IMG/VR virus record: IMGVR_UViG_3300009391_000001
DNA: 60,156 nucleotides
Reading direction: 5' to 3' (one strand)
DNA from: a virus
Part shown: positions 1 through 7,761 of the stretch, one piece after another
How positions within the stretch are numbered: position 1 is the stretch's first letter
Layout of the letters: every line of letters starts with the position of its first letter
The notes under the pieces: generated by a model
The model's database searches: none
Seen by the model: the letters and a program-made list of their open reading frames with translations, nothing else
What the model was told of the DNA's origin: nothing
Position numbers and translations under genes: made by a program

Positions 1-127
1 CGCAACATTCCGTCATGTATACGATATTCATCGCAGCTTCCGAAAACCTTTATTATGTAAACCTACGTAGTCTCCATAACCGCATACCTACGCAGTTTAC
101 CGCCTTTCCGTATACTACCGTTTATAC
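1..127. repeat. Terminal overlap copy 1 (identical to 60030-60156)
   Basis: Base-by-base identity of 1-127 with the last 127 nt of the window. Confidence 0.95.
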
Positions 128-166
128 ATCGAATATACATCGTGATACCTACGCAGTTTACCGCCT
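84..166 (+). repeat. Two 22-bp direct repeats ATACCTACGCAGTTTACCGCCT (84-105 and 145-166)
   Basis: Exact 22/22 match, 61-bp period, inside the terS-terL non-coding spacer. Confidence 0.9.
124..142 (+). repeat. ATACATCG x2 with 11-bp period
   Basis: ATACATCG at 124-131 and 135-142, lying between the two 22-bp repeats. Confidence 0.8.
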
Positions 167-366
167 AATGTTCGTATAGAACGGATGTACTGCGTTGTAT
201 AAAGATGTATTGACGGAGTAGTGCGAATTGTTCCGATAGTAGGTTTAACTCAAAGCGAATAAGCATCGACCTCGGAAATCGGATTTGCCTGTATATCCGT
301 CGACCACACTCGTACTCACTCCGACACCTCTACGCTGTTCCTTCTATATATCGCCTGCAATTACGC

Positions 367-756
367 CTATTCGGAGCTGTCCGTCTTTCTCATACGTTCT
401 ATCTGCGCCTTCATCTCGTCCAAATCAACGCTATCACCCTTCGTATTAACCTCGACTTTATCCGTAAGCATTCCGAGGGATTGGAGGTATGTACGGAATA
501 ATGCCGCATTGCCATCGACTATTACGTGTTGCGGTATACTTGCGAACATGTCCGGTAAATGCTCGACTGCATTCCGTAGTACCTGTGTTTTCATTTCTTC
601 GTTAAAAGCGTCTAATTTGCGCCATTCGTGTATCGTTGATTCCGCGATTCCTACGTATTCTGCGACTTGCTTATACGTCATTCCTCCGCGTTGTGGTAAC
701 GCTAATACTGCGATTGCTGCGTATTGCTTATCGTTGAGTTTCCGTTTTCTTGACAT
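367..756 (-). CDS. Small HTH protein, possible terminase small subunit
   Basis: 129 aa. HTH segment MTYKQVAEYVGIAESTIHEWRK. GGAGGTG SD 5 nt before the ATG. The next gene downstream across the junction is terL. Confidence 0.45.
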   Translation of the reverse strand: MSRKRKLNDKQYAAIAVLALPQRGGMTYKQVAEYVGIAESTIHEWRKLDAFNEEMKTQVLRNAVEHLPDMFASIPQHVIVDGNAALFRTYLQSLGMLTDKVEVNTKGDSVDLDEMKAQIERMRKTDSSE

Positions 757-829
757 CGTATCACCTCCGTTTATATTGCGTGTATCTCCGTAGTAATAGC
801 GCCTAATAACCGTTTATTACGTTATCCGC

Positions 830-845
830 GAATTGTTAACAATTC
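830..845. promoter_or_regulatory. Perfect 16-bp palindrome GAATTGTTAACAATTC (operator-like)
   Basis: Self-complementary over all 16 nt, about 75-90 nt upstream of the 756 start codon. Confidence 0.5.
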
Positions 846-993
846 CTAAAAGATACCTCCGGCTGAAGCCGTCGGACGCTATCATTTATTACTGGACGCC
901 TAATCTTTTAAACAAGCGCTATAGTAATTGACGATAGATTCTTCCGAAGCGCTTTAGCGCAAGGTATGTTTCGGTCTTATCTCTTTATCTCGT

Positions 994-1145
994 TGTCCGG
1001 CGATTGTCCTTTCCGGTAACAAAGACTAAGAAGTAATTTCACCGTCAAAACGGCTGTAACCGTTGGTACGACTGGCTTTAAGGCACTTTTCGACTGTCCG
1101 GTAAATGTCCGCTTTTTATGCCGTTTTGTCCGGTAAATGTCCGCT
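994..1145. repeat. Three pairs of TGTCC(G/T) half-sites, each pair spaced 11 bp
   Basis: Half-sites start at 994/1005, 1095/1106 and 1127/1138. The last two pairs lie in a 19-bp direct repeat TGTCCGGTAAATGTCCGCT (1095-1113, 1127-1145). Confidence 0.85.
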
Positions 1146-1162
1146 CTGTTCTCATCGCGTTC

Positions 1163-1969
1163 TCAATTAGCGTTAAACATCGCCTGTAAAGTCGCATCTG
1201 GTGCGCTATCTTGACGGTAGAAAACGCTAGGATTGAACGTATATCTATCTGGTTCGTTACCGAGTTTAATCCGCGCAATCACGTATTCGCCGTCGAATTT
1301 CATTAGCGGTAATCTACGCCTTAACGTCCGCACATCCACGCCGATTGCATCCGCCAGTTCTCGCTGCGTAAACCATCGAATATTCTTCGGGTCACGTTCG
1401 AAAGGATCGGCGCACAAGGCGTTAGTCGACATATGAACAAACGGTAACATTCGGTATATTAATCCAATGTCATTCGCCTTGACTTCGCGATACACACGCC
1501 TAACCTTCGCCGTATACGTCTTGATTACGTATTGATTGTCGATAGCGCCTTTAAAGTGATAGCGCTCGTTTATGACGTATTTATCGCCATCTTTCGTAAT
1601 GATTCCGTTATCAATGCACGCCGTTAGGAAGTCGTTAAACGTAGAACGCTTCGTTCCGGTCAATTGCAATACGTGTTGCATATCTACAGGCTTCATTGGC
1701 GACTTATCCGGATTAACGATAACTCCGTCGTCCCATCCGATGTAACACTGTAGAAGCGTTAAGTACCCGCATTGAGGCGTTGTCAGCACGTTATATACTT
1801 CGTGTAAATGGCGCATATTCGCGTTGGTAAAGCCGATTGAACGTCCACTACGGGATTCCTTCGCCTTCATTTCGGCATAACCGCGATTACGTTCTTGCGT
1901 TGATTGTAGCTCCTTTATTTCGCCTGTTTCTCGGTTAATCATCGCCCATGAATTACTCAACCGCCTCAC
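1163..1969 (-). CDS. Hypothetical protein (possible winged-helix DNA-binding regions)
   Basis: 268-aa ORF that overlaps the upstream MTase stop. The start is ambiguous (GTG 1969, TTG, or ATG 1942). Confidence 0.6.
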   Translation of the reverse strand: MRRLSNSWAMINRETGEIKELQSTQERNRGYAEMKAKESRSGRSIGFTNANMRHLHEVYNVLTTPQCGYLTLLQCYIGWDDGVIVNPDKSPMKPVDMQHVLQLTGTKRSTFNDFLTACIDNGIITKDGDKYVINERYHFKGAIDNQYVIKTYTAKVRRVYREVKANDIGLIYRMLPFVHMSTNALCADPFERDPKNIRWFTQRELADAIGVDVRTLRRRLPLMKFDGEYVIARIKLGNEPDRYTFNPSVFYRQDSAPDATLQAMFNAN

Positions 1970-2930
1970 CGCCCTTTAACGCTTGCGCTTCGTCAATTCT
2001 GCGTCGTGCTATTGCTACGTAATCCGCGTCCTGCTCGATAGCTACGAAGTCACGTCCGGCATTGATCGCCGCGACCGCTGTTGATCCACTGCCCGCCGTT
2101 AGGTCGACTACCGTGTCGCCGGCGTTGCTGAACGTCTTAATTAAGTCTTCGAGTAGTAGGACGGGTTTTTGCGTCGGATGGAAACCGTCATAGTCCTTTT
2201 TGTAGCGGAGAATATTCGACTTGTACTTGCCGCCTTCCCAAAGATTGAACGTACTTGATAAGTCGTGTTTGAATTTCTCGTCGACACGTTTAAGAACGCT
2301 GTACTCGGTAAAGCCGTCCATTTCATTTATCTGATACAGATGGATTAATTCGTTGTATGTCTGTTCAGTGCAAAGCGTAAATTGCGAACTCTCTTTGTTT
2401 CCCTCGAGGAAGTGTTGTGATCCTCCGTGACCTAATTCCTTAAAGAACCTACTTCTCGAATAGCTCGTAAAATGCCTGACTTTTAAAGCGTATTCCCGTA
2501 GAGGATGTAATGCCCCCGTGTCGTACGTCTTGCTAAAGACGAGCACGTCCTCGTAATAACTAACTGGTGCCTTCTTTGCTATCAACGCGTTTGCGAAGTG
2601 GTCTTTTTCCCAAATCATGCGATACGAAAACGGTATATTAGCGTTAGCCTCGTTTATAAGTCGCGTCGTATACGGTTCTTGACTGAATAAAACCATTTTA
2701 CCGTTCTTCCGTAGAATCCGATTCGCTATCTCGTAGATTCGTACCGGGTCAATAGCCTCGTCCCACTCCGTTTTATCAATCATGCCGTGGTCTAAGCCGC
2801 TACCCGCGCCAATTCCTTTAACCGTTCCATACGGCAAATCCGTCAGTATTAAATCAACGCTACCACTCGCTATCTTATCGCTTTCTATTAAGCAGTCGCC
2901 TGTCAGTAATGCGTTTTTAATTTCCTTCAT
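1953..2930 (-). CDS. DNA methyltransferase, N6-adenine/N4-cytosine type (beta-class motif order)
   Basis: 325 aa. Motif IV variant LILTDLPYGT near the N-terminus. AdoMet motif VVDLTAGSGSTAVAA near the C-terminus. Confidence 0.75.
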   Translation of the reverse strand: MKEIKNALLTGDCLIESDKIASGSVDLILTDLPYGTVKGIGAGSGLDHGMIDKTEWDEAIDPVRIYEIANRILRKNGKMVLFSQEPYTTRLINEANANIPFSYRMIWEKDHFANALIAKKAPVSYYEDVLVFSKTYDTGALHPLREYALKVRHFTSYSRSRFFKELGHGGSQHFLEGNKESSQFTLCTEQTYNELIHLYQINEMDGFTEYSVLKRVDEKFKHDLSSTFNLWEGGKYKSNILRYKKDYDGFHPTQKPVLLLEDLIKTFSNAGDTVVDLTAGSGSTAVAAINAGRDFVAIEQDADYVAIARRRIDEAQALKGGEAVE

Positions 2931-3095
2931 TCATATCGCTCCCCTTCGATTTTCCCCTAATGTGAAACATTGCGCGGAAGGGCGTAGGGATTCGCCTGTT
3001 CGGTTACGGTAATGAGCCGCTTCCTATCCGCACATAACGACGACCGACGGAGTTGTACCGCCGCTTACGCCTAACATCGTCTTAATACGCAACGC

Positions 3096-3122
3096 AAAAA
3101 GCCCGCCGACATTCCGACGAGC
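3096..3122 (-). terminator. Rho-independent terminator (minus strand)
   Basis: Minus strand reads GCTCGTCGG-AATG-TCGGCGGGC (9-bp stem with G-U pairs) followed by TTTTT. Confidence 0.6.
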
Positions 3123-3369
3123 TTAAGCGGTGCTATTTCGTTACTAGTCTTCCGCAGCTTGCGTTTTTATGTCGGAGCTAAGGCTGTTGGCTTTCGCGTT
3201 GACACGCCCTCACACGCTACTAATCCGACTGCCGGCGCACGTAGTCCGGCTATGTACGCGAGCCTTGCCGTAAGGTGCTACGGAGTATGCTCGCTGTAAA
3301 TTATTGTCGTTTCATTCGTACACATACTAGTACAGACGTTTCGACGTTTTTATAACGTTATATCCGTAA
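3123..3369 (-). ncRNA. Candidate structured RNA or long structured 3' UTR
   Basis: About 245 nt with no ORF, G+C-rich, several nested stems (GCGAGC..GCTCGC enclosing CCGTA..TACGG; GCCGG..CCGGC; GCGT..ACGC). It ends at the terminator. Confidence 0.25.
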
Positions 3370-3756
3370 TTAATAAATCTTCCGCGTTGGCAAGCGATGA
3401 TCTACGCCGTCCGTGCCGATAGTTTCCGGTACTTTCCGCATAGTTAATCCGCGGTAATATTCCTCGTCTTGCCTTTCGCTGCTAATCGGATATTCCGTAT
3501 TCCTTACTTTATACGGCGTAACGTCCGTTAATATGTCGTAAATTATCAGCGAACCTAAACGGCTTAAAGCGCTAGTCGGAGCGTGCCTTCCGACTTCTGC
3601 GTAGTATGCTTCCGTAATGTCTGCTGTCTTATCCACGCGCTGTTGAGCCGTCGTTTCGCCACCTTTAACGAGCGCAAACAGTAAGTCGATGTATTCGTCT
3701 AGCTGCGCTGTAATCACGCTGTAATCGCCTGTAAACGTTGCTGTAATATTCGTCAT
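3370..3756 (-). CDS. Hypothetical protein
   Basis: 128 aa. ATGA overlap with the upstream gene. GGAGGTG SD. Confidence 0.7.
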   Translation of the reverse strand: MTNITATFTGDYSVITAQLDEYIDLLFALVKGGETTAQQRVDKTADITEAYYAEVGRHAPTSALSRLGSLIIYDILTDVTPYKVRNTEYPISSERQDEEYYRGLTMRKVPETIGTDGVDHRLPTRKIY

Positions 3757-4427
3757 GCGGACACCTCCTGTAGTCGTTCGTTTGCGATACGTGCGTAGTC
3801 TTCTTCGATTTCATATCCGATAAACTGGCGGTCATTTCTTAACGCCGATATTGCCGTCGAACCCGTTCCCGCGAAACCGTCGAAAACTACGTCGCCTTTA
3901 TCGCTACTATTACGTATGAATATATCGAGTAAGTCTGTTGGCTTTTCGGTGGGGTGCGTCAACCTAACGCTAGGAATCTTAGCGCAATCTATTACGTCGG
4001 GGATACGCTTCTCACGGAATAGCGTCCGACCTTTGTGACCGAATAACACGAATTCATGCTTCGGTCCATACGCGCCTTTTAAATCCCCGCTTCCGTGATT
4101 GTTCTTATTCCATACGATAAGGTTCTTTAGTTTGAAATAGCGCTCGAATTCCGTCTTAAAGAAGTCGATGTGATGCCACGAACAGAACATGTAAATCGCG
4201 GTATCATCCTTTAATATCCGATGACATTCCGCAATATAATCCGCTATTAATTCGTGTGCGTCAACGTCATTAGTGATGTGTCGGAACTTATCGCTTACTA
4301 CGCGTCGACGACTTTGGTAGTTCATTAAATACGGCGGATCGGTAACGATTAAATCGACGCTACCATCCGCCATACTGCGCATACCTTCTAATGTATCACC
4401 GTTTATAATTTCGTTAATCTTCGTCAT
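3753..4427 (-). CDS. DNA methyltransferase, N6-adenine/N4-cytosine type (DPPY)
   Basis: 224 aa. Motifs DLIVTDPPYLMNY and VFDGFAGTGSTAISA, in beta-class order. Confidence 0.8.
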   Translation of the reverse strand: MTKINEIINGDTLEGMRSMADGSVDLIVTDPPYLMNYQSRRRVVSDKFRHITNDVDAHELIADYIAECHRILKDDTAIYMFCSWHHIDFFKTEFERYFKLKNLIVWNKNNHGSGDLKGAYGPKHEFVLFGHKGRTLFREKRIPDVIDCAKIPSVRLTHPTEKPTDLLDIFIRNSSDKGDVVFDGFAGTGSTAISALRNDRQFIGYEIEEDYARIANERLQEVSA

Positions 4428-4723
4428 TATTCCGCCCCTTTTCCGTGTTCCTTCTCTATTGCCGATATCGCCCGTCCTAAGAGCGCAACTATCGCCGGCT
4501 GACTAACGCCCATCGCCTTACCAGCGTCAACCTGCGTCATTCCCTCGCCGTACACAAGCCGTAGCGCTTCCGCCTGCCTATCGGTGAGCCTAGCGGCTTT
4601 GACCGCCGTAGCGAAGTCTAGGAGCGCTACGATGGCATCTACGTCGCCTACGTATTGGCGTTCGGTTAGCGCGTGGTAGTTTGCGAGGATGGCGCGTGTT
4701 TCCGTCACGCCTTCGGGTTTCAT
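4427..4723 (-). CDS. Small sigma-70 region-4-like HTH protein (possible transcription regulator)
   Basis: 98 aa. LTDRQAEALRLVYGEGMTQVDAGKAMGVSQPAIVALLGRA resembles region 4 / LuxR-type HTH. Confidence 0.5.
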   Translation of the reverse strand: MKPEGVTETRAILANYHALTERQYVGDVDAIVALLDFATAVKAARLTDRQAEALRLVYGEGMTQVDAGKAMGVSQPAIVALLGRAISAIEKEHGKGAE

Positions 4724-5142
4724 AAAGACAACTCCGCATCTACCCGCTGCGCATCCGCTAAGTACTCGTCAATACGCTTACCGAGTCCGGATAACGCGCC
4801 ATACATGCGGAATATCTCGCGACCATCAATCGCCCATACATCGGCATTACCGTCTGCAACCGCATACTGAACCGCGCCTTGCGCTTCCCATCCGTCCGTA
4901 ATCGACTTAAACTTGCGGGAACAGTCGATGTAATACGCTTGCTCGTCCTTCCTGCGTTGTTCTACGCGTGCCTGTGCGTCGATAACGCGTAAGTGCGCCT
5001 TTAGTTGAGCCATACGTCGCTCACGATATTCTGCGCCGTAATCCGCTTCTAGTAAGGCGTAATAACGTCTGACATCCGCTTCTTTCATCGTTTCGACACC
5101 TTCGATATACTGCGCTTGTAAGTTACGCATTTCTTCCGTCAT
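4720..5142 (-). CDS. Hypothetical protein
   Basis: 140 aa. AAAGGGGA SD 7 nt upstream. ATGA overlap with the next gene. Confidence 0.7.
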   Translation of the reverse strand: MTEEMRNLQAQYIEGVETMKEADVRRYYALLEADYGAEYRERRMAQLKAHLRVIDAQARVEQRRKDEQAYYIDCSRKFKSITDGWEAQGAVQYAVADGNADVWAIDGREIFRMYGALSGLGKRIDEYLADAQRVDAELSL

Positions 5143-5239
5143 TTAATCGTCCCCTTTCGCCTATCCCGTCGAACTCTCCGATAATCCGCCTAAACTAGCG
5201 AAGTCCAAGCGAATTCCTTCGCCCTTACGTTTACTTTCG

Positions 5240-5268
5240 TTGCAATCCGTCCATACTTGCGTTATAAT
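5240..5268 (+). promoter_or_regulatory. Sigma-A-type promoter TTGCAA-17 nt-TATAAT (plus strand)
   Basis: -35 at 5240-5245, -10 at 5263-5268, 35 nt upstream of the 5304 ATG. Confidence 0.7.
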
Positions 5269-5303
5269 CTCGTTACAATACGAAATAAGGACGTGTCCAT
5301 CCG

Positions 5304-5708
5304 ATGACTACTAACGTGAAACCAACAACCGCACTTACCGATATCGATCCGCTACTTGACGGATTCGAGTCCGTACCTGCCGACGCAATTCCGTTCATTA
5401 CGCTCGATACGCAGAAACGCTTTTACCTTAACGCTTCACTCCGTAAGCTAATCGGAATCAAGGCGCATGACCGCGTGGCGCTTGCGTACAACTCCGACAC
5501 GCGTAGCCTTGCGGTACTGTCCGGAAGCGCCGCCGAGGTCATCCCGAACACGTCATACTTCGTAGACAACCGCCATTACATGAGTGCGCGTCGATTCTGC
5601 GCCGAGTACCGCTATGATGTCGCGAAGGCTCCGTATACGTTCGTGTTTCAACGTGCGGGTACGGCTGACGGCGTTTATTTGTTTAAGTTGACGAAGCTGT
5701 CGGAATGA
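5304..5708 (+). CDS. AbrB/SpoVT/MazE-like domain protein on the opposite strand (possible regulator)
   Basis: 134 aa. KRFYLNASLRKLIGIKAHDRVALAY resembles a swapped-hairpin AbrB-type DNA-binding motif. It has its own consensus promoter. Confidence 0.45.
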   Translation: MTTNVKPTTALTDIDPLLDGFESVPADAIPFITLDTQKRFYLNASLRKLIGIKAHDRVALAYNSDTRSLAVLSGSAAEVIPNTSYFVDNRHYMSARRFCAEYRYDVAKAPYTFVFQRAGTADGVYLFKLTKLSE

Positions 5709-5734
5709 CTACGTTAAACTTTCGTCAAGATAAC

Positions 5735-5765
5735 GTTTGACTTTCTCAAACTCCGATGCTATGCT
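5735..5765 (+). promoter_or_regulatory. Promoter TTGACT-17 nt-(TGc)TATGCT with overlapping palindromic operator GTTTGActttcTCAAAC
   Basis: Operator 5735-5751, -35 5737-5742, -10 5760-5765. The same operator is found at 24338 and 31511. Confidence 0.6.
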
Positions 5766-5800
5766 ATGAGTATCAAATACAACGACGGAGGTAATGCGGA

Positions 5801-5980
5801 ATGGAAACGACGACAAACATTCATCAAGGGTACTCGGGGGAATTAGATATAACAACGATCTTTGAAGATACATTAATCGCTGAAAGTATAATTTCAACCG
5901 AGGTAAAAGGGTTTTATTACGGAAGACCCGATACCGAAGGCATGGAAAGCTACTACGGTAAACTAAAAGCGACGTTTTAG
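5801..5980 (+). CDS. 59-aa acidic hypothetical protein (below the ORF-track cutoff)
   Basis: GGAGG at 5787-5791 lies 9 nt before the ATG. METTTNIHQGYSGELD...GKLKATF. A hairpin terminator follows directly. Confidence 0.6.
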   Translation: METTTNIHQGYSGELDITTIFEDTLIAESIISTEVKGFYYGRPDTEGMESYYGKLKATF

Positions 5981-5987
5981 ATAGTAA

Positions 5988-6012
5988 AGACGCCACGTTC
6001 GGCGTCTTTTTT
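5988..6012 (+). terminator. Rho-independent terminator between convergent genes
   Basis: AGACGCC-ACGTTC-GGCGTCT followed by TTTTT. Confidence 0.75.
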
Positions 6013-7504
6013 ATTCGCTTAAATACGGTATAATTCGTTCCCCTATCGCTTGAATTACGTTTACCGTAACCGCATTACCGGCTTGCTTGTATCGTTGTGA
6101 ATCCGATAGACCAGCGTCAACTGCCTTCTGATGTGCTTCATCGGAAAATCCTTGCAGACGCCAACATTCTAACGGTGTTAATTTACGGATTCGGTATCTC
6201 GGAATTTGTCCGATAGCTACGCCATGACGGTCTTGCGTATTTATCGTAAATGCCGGTTCGTCGTTCTCTTTGAACCTTCGCCCGTTCTGACGCTTTTCTT
6301 CGCGTTCCGGCGTAAGTACAGGACGGACTTCTTCGATATGTGTACGCCTTCCTTTGTTAATTCCGCTAGGGGCGATTCCTTTTGTATAGTTAGCGTCTAA
6401 GCAATACGAGAGGGCTTCGCCATTTGCGATTACTTGCGGTTCCGCGCGACCAATCATATACGGGTCTTTATATATCCGAGCTGTCACCGTAGAAGCTACG
6501 TCTTGATATAATCTCGGCTTACCTTCGCGCTTAGCTTGACTTACGTCAATTAACGTAGGATTATCGTCGTTCTCACGCCCATCTAACTGCTCAACCAATG
6601 CAGCCGTCTTATCTTCGGATAAGTAATACTTTTCGTCTGCTTCCGTCTCTAACACGTCCCGTAAGCGTGTGACGACTTCGCCTTCTTGGGGAAAATCGAA
6701 GTTAAACGTCTTAATGCCTTCTAACGCTTGGATACGTTCTTTACCTCGCGGAATTATCGTACTCCCATTAATAACCCAAGGTTCTGGCGTTATTAAATCG
6801 TCCCTAACTGCTACGATAAAGATTCTTTCGCGATTCTGTGGGACGCCGAAGTATTTCGAGTTTAATATAGTGAAGTCTACGGTATATCCAATTTCGCACA
6901 GTGTTTCGATCATAACGTTTAACGTCCGACCTTTATCGTGATTAACGAGTCCTTTTACGTTTTCAAGTAGAAGTACTTTCGGTTGTTTCTCCTTCGCAAT
7001 ACGGACGATTTCAAAGAATAACGTACCACGTACATCTTCGAAGCCCTTTCGATTTCCGGCGACACTAAATGCTTGACAAGGAAATCCACCTACTAGTAAA
7101 TCGTGATTAGGGAAGTTCACCTCATCTAATTTTGTAATATCTCCGAACAATCGCTCATCACCGTGTATCGCCGTGTATGACTGTTTTGCAAACTTATCTA
7201 TCTCGGATGCTATTACACAATTTCCGCCTAACTTATCTAAAGCCGTTTCGAATCCGCCAATTCCGCTGAACAATGATACGTAATTAAACTTCGTCAAATT
7301 ATCGCTCCCTTTCGTTACTAATTCAAAAACCTTATAACCGAACGCGTTACAACTTAATTCAGTACCTTCGTCGTCTACGTAAAGGAAAGAGTCGTCATCT
7401 GCCTCGGTAACTTCGTATTCCTTTCCGAAAGTTAAAAACGGATATTTACTTTCGATATATCGTACCTTATCGCCCTTCTTCGGAAACTCCTTTAATCCGC
7501 TCAC
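6011..7504 (-). CDS. DNA (cytosine-5)-methyltransferase with an extra ~65-aa N-terminal beta-rich module
   Basis: 497 aa. Motifs FSGIGGF (I), GGFPCQAFS (IV), ENVKGL (VI), QAGNAV (X). GTGA overlap with the upstream gene. Confidence 0.85.
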   Translation of the reverse strand: MSGLKEFPKKGDKVRYIESKYPFLTFGKEYEVTEADDDSFLYVDDEGTELSCNAFGYKVFELVTKGSDNLTKFNYVSLFSGIGGFETALDKLGGNCVIASEIDKFAKQSYTAIHGDERLFGDITKLDEVNFPNHDLLVGGFPCQAFSVAGNRKGFEDVRGTLFFEIVRIAKEKQPKVLLLENVKGLVNHDKGRTLNVMIETLCEIGYTVDFTILNSKYFGVPQNRERIFIVAVRDDLITPEPWVINGSTIIPRGKERIQALEGIKTFNFDFPQEGEVVTRLRDVLETEADEKYYLSEDKTAALVEQLDGRENDDNPTLIDVSQAKREGKPRLYQDVASTVTARIYKDPYMIGRAEPQVIANGEALSYCLDANYTKGIAPSGINKGRRTHIEEVRPVLTPEREEKRQNGRRFKENDEPAFTINTQDRHGVAIGQIPRYRIRKLTPLECWRLQGFSDEAHQKAVDAGLSDSQRYKQAGNAVTVNVIQAIGERIIPYLSE

Positions 7505-7761
7505 TCAATCGCCCCTTCCGTTACTTCGCCTTTCCCTAACCACGTAAACTCCGCTTCCATCCCCGTATGCTTCACGTAAGCCCTCGCAAGTTCACGCATA
7601 TCCCGCATGTGCAACGCGTCAATTTCGGATTCCGAGCTATTTGCGACGATTAGCGCGAGGATAGTGAACGCCTTGTCCGCAGCCATTCCGCCGGCTATGA
7701 GTTCCGCGAAGGCTTCCGTTCGAGTCATCGGCGATTTCCATTCCCAAATCGGCGTAGTCAT
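7501..7761 (-). CDS. Hypothetical protein
   Basis: 86 aa. ATGA overlap. GGAGG SD. Confidence 0.65.
   Translation of the reverse strand: MTTPIWEWKSPMTRTEAFAELIAGGMAADKAFTILALIVANSSESEIDALHMRDMRELARAYVKHTGMEAEFTWLGKGEVTEGAIE

Noticed and set aside
994-1145. A CRISPR-like array or mini-array
   Set aside because: There are only short 6-19-bp repeats with 11/32-bp periods, no spacer-sized unique units and no cas genes. The pattern fits protein-binding iterons.
3123-3369. A SAM/SAH-type riboswitch controlling the downstream methyltransferase
   Set aside because: I could not find the conserved core sequences of the SAM-I, SAM-II or SAH classes by eye, and the terminator is about 160 nt from the gene start. 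It is kept only as an unclassified structured-RNA candidate.
5709-5996. 95-aa minus-strand ORF from the track
   Set aside because: It has no SD and an odd composition (Leu/Ser/Arg/Phe-rich). It lies exactly antisense to a plus-strand 59-aa ORF that has a promoter, a GGAGG SD and a terminator, so it is treated as a shadow ORF.
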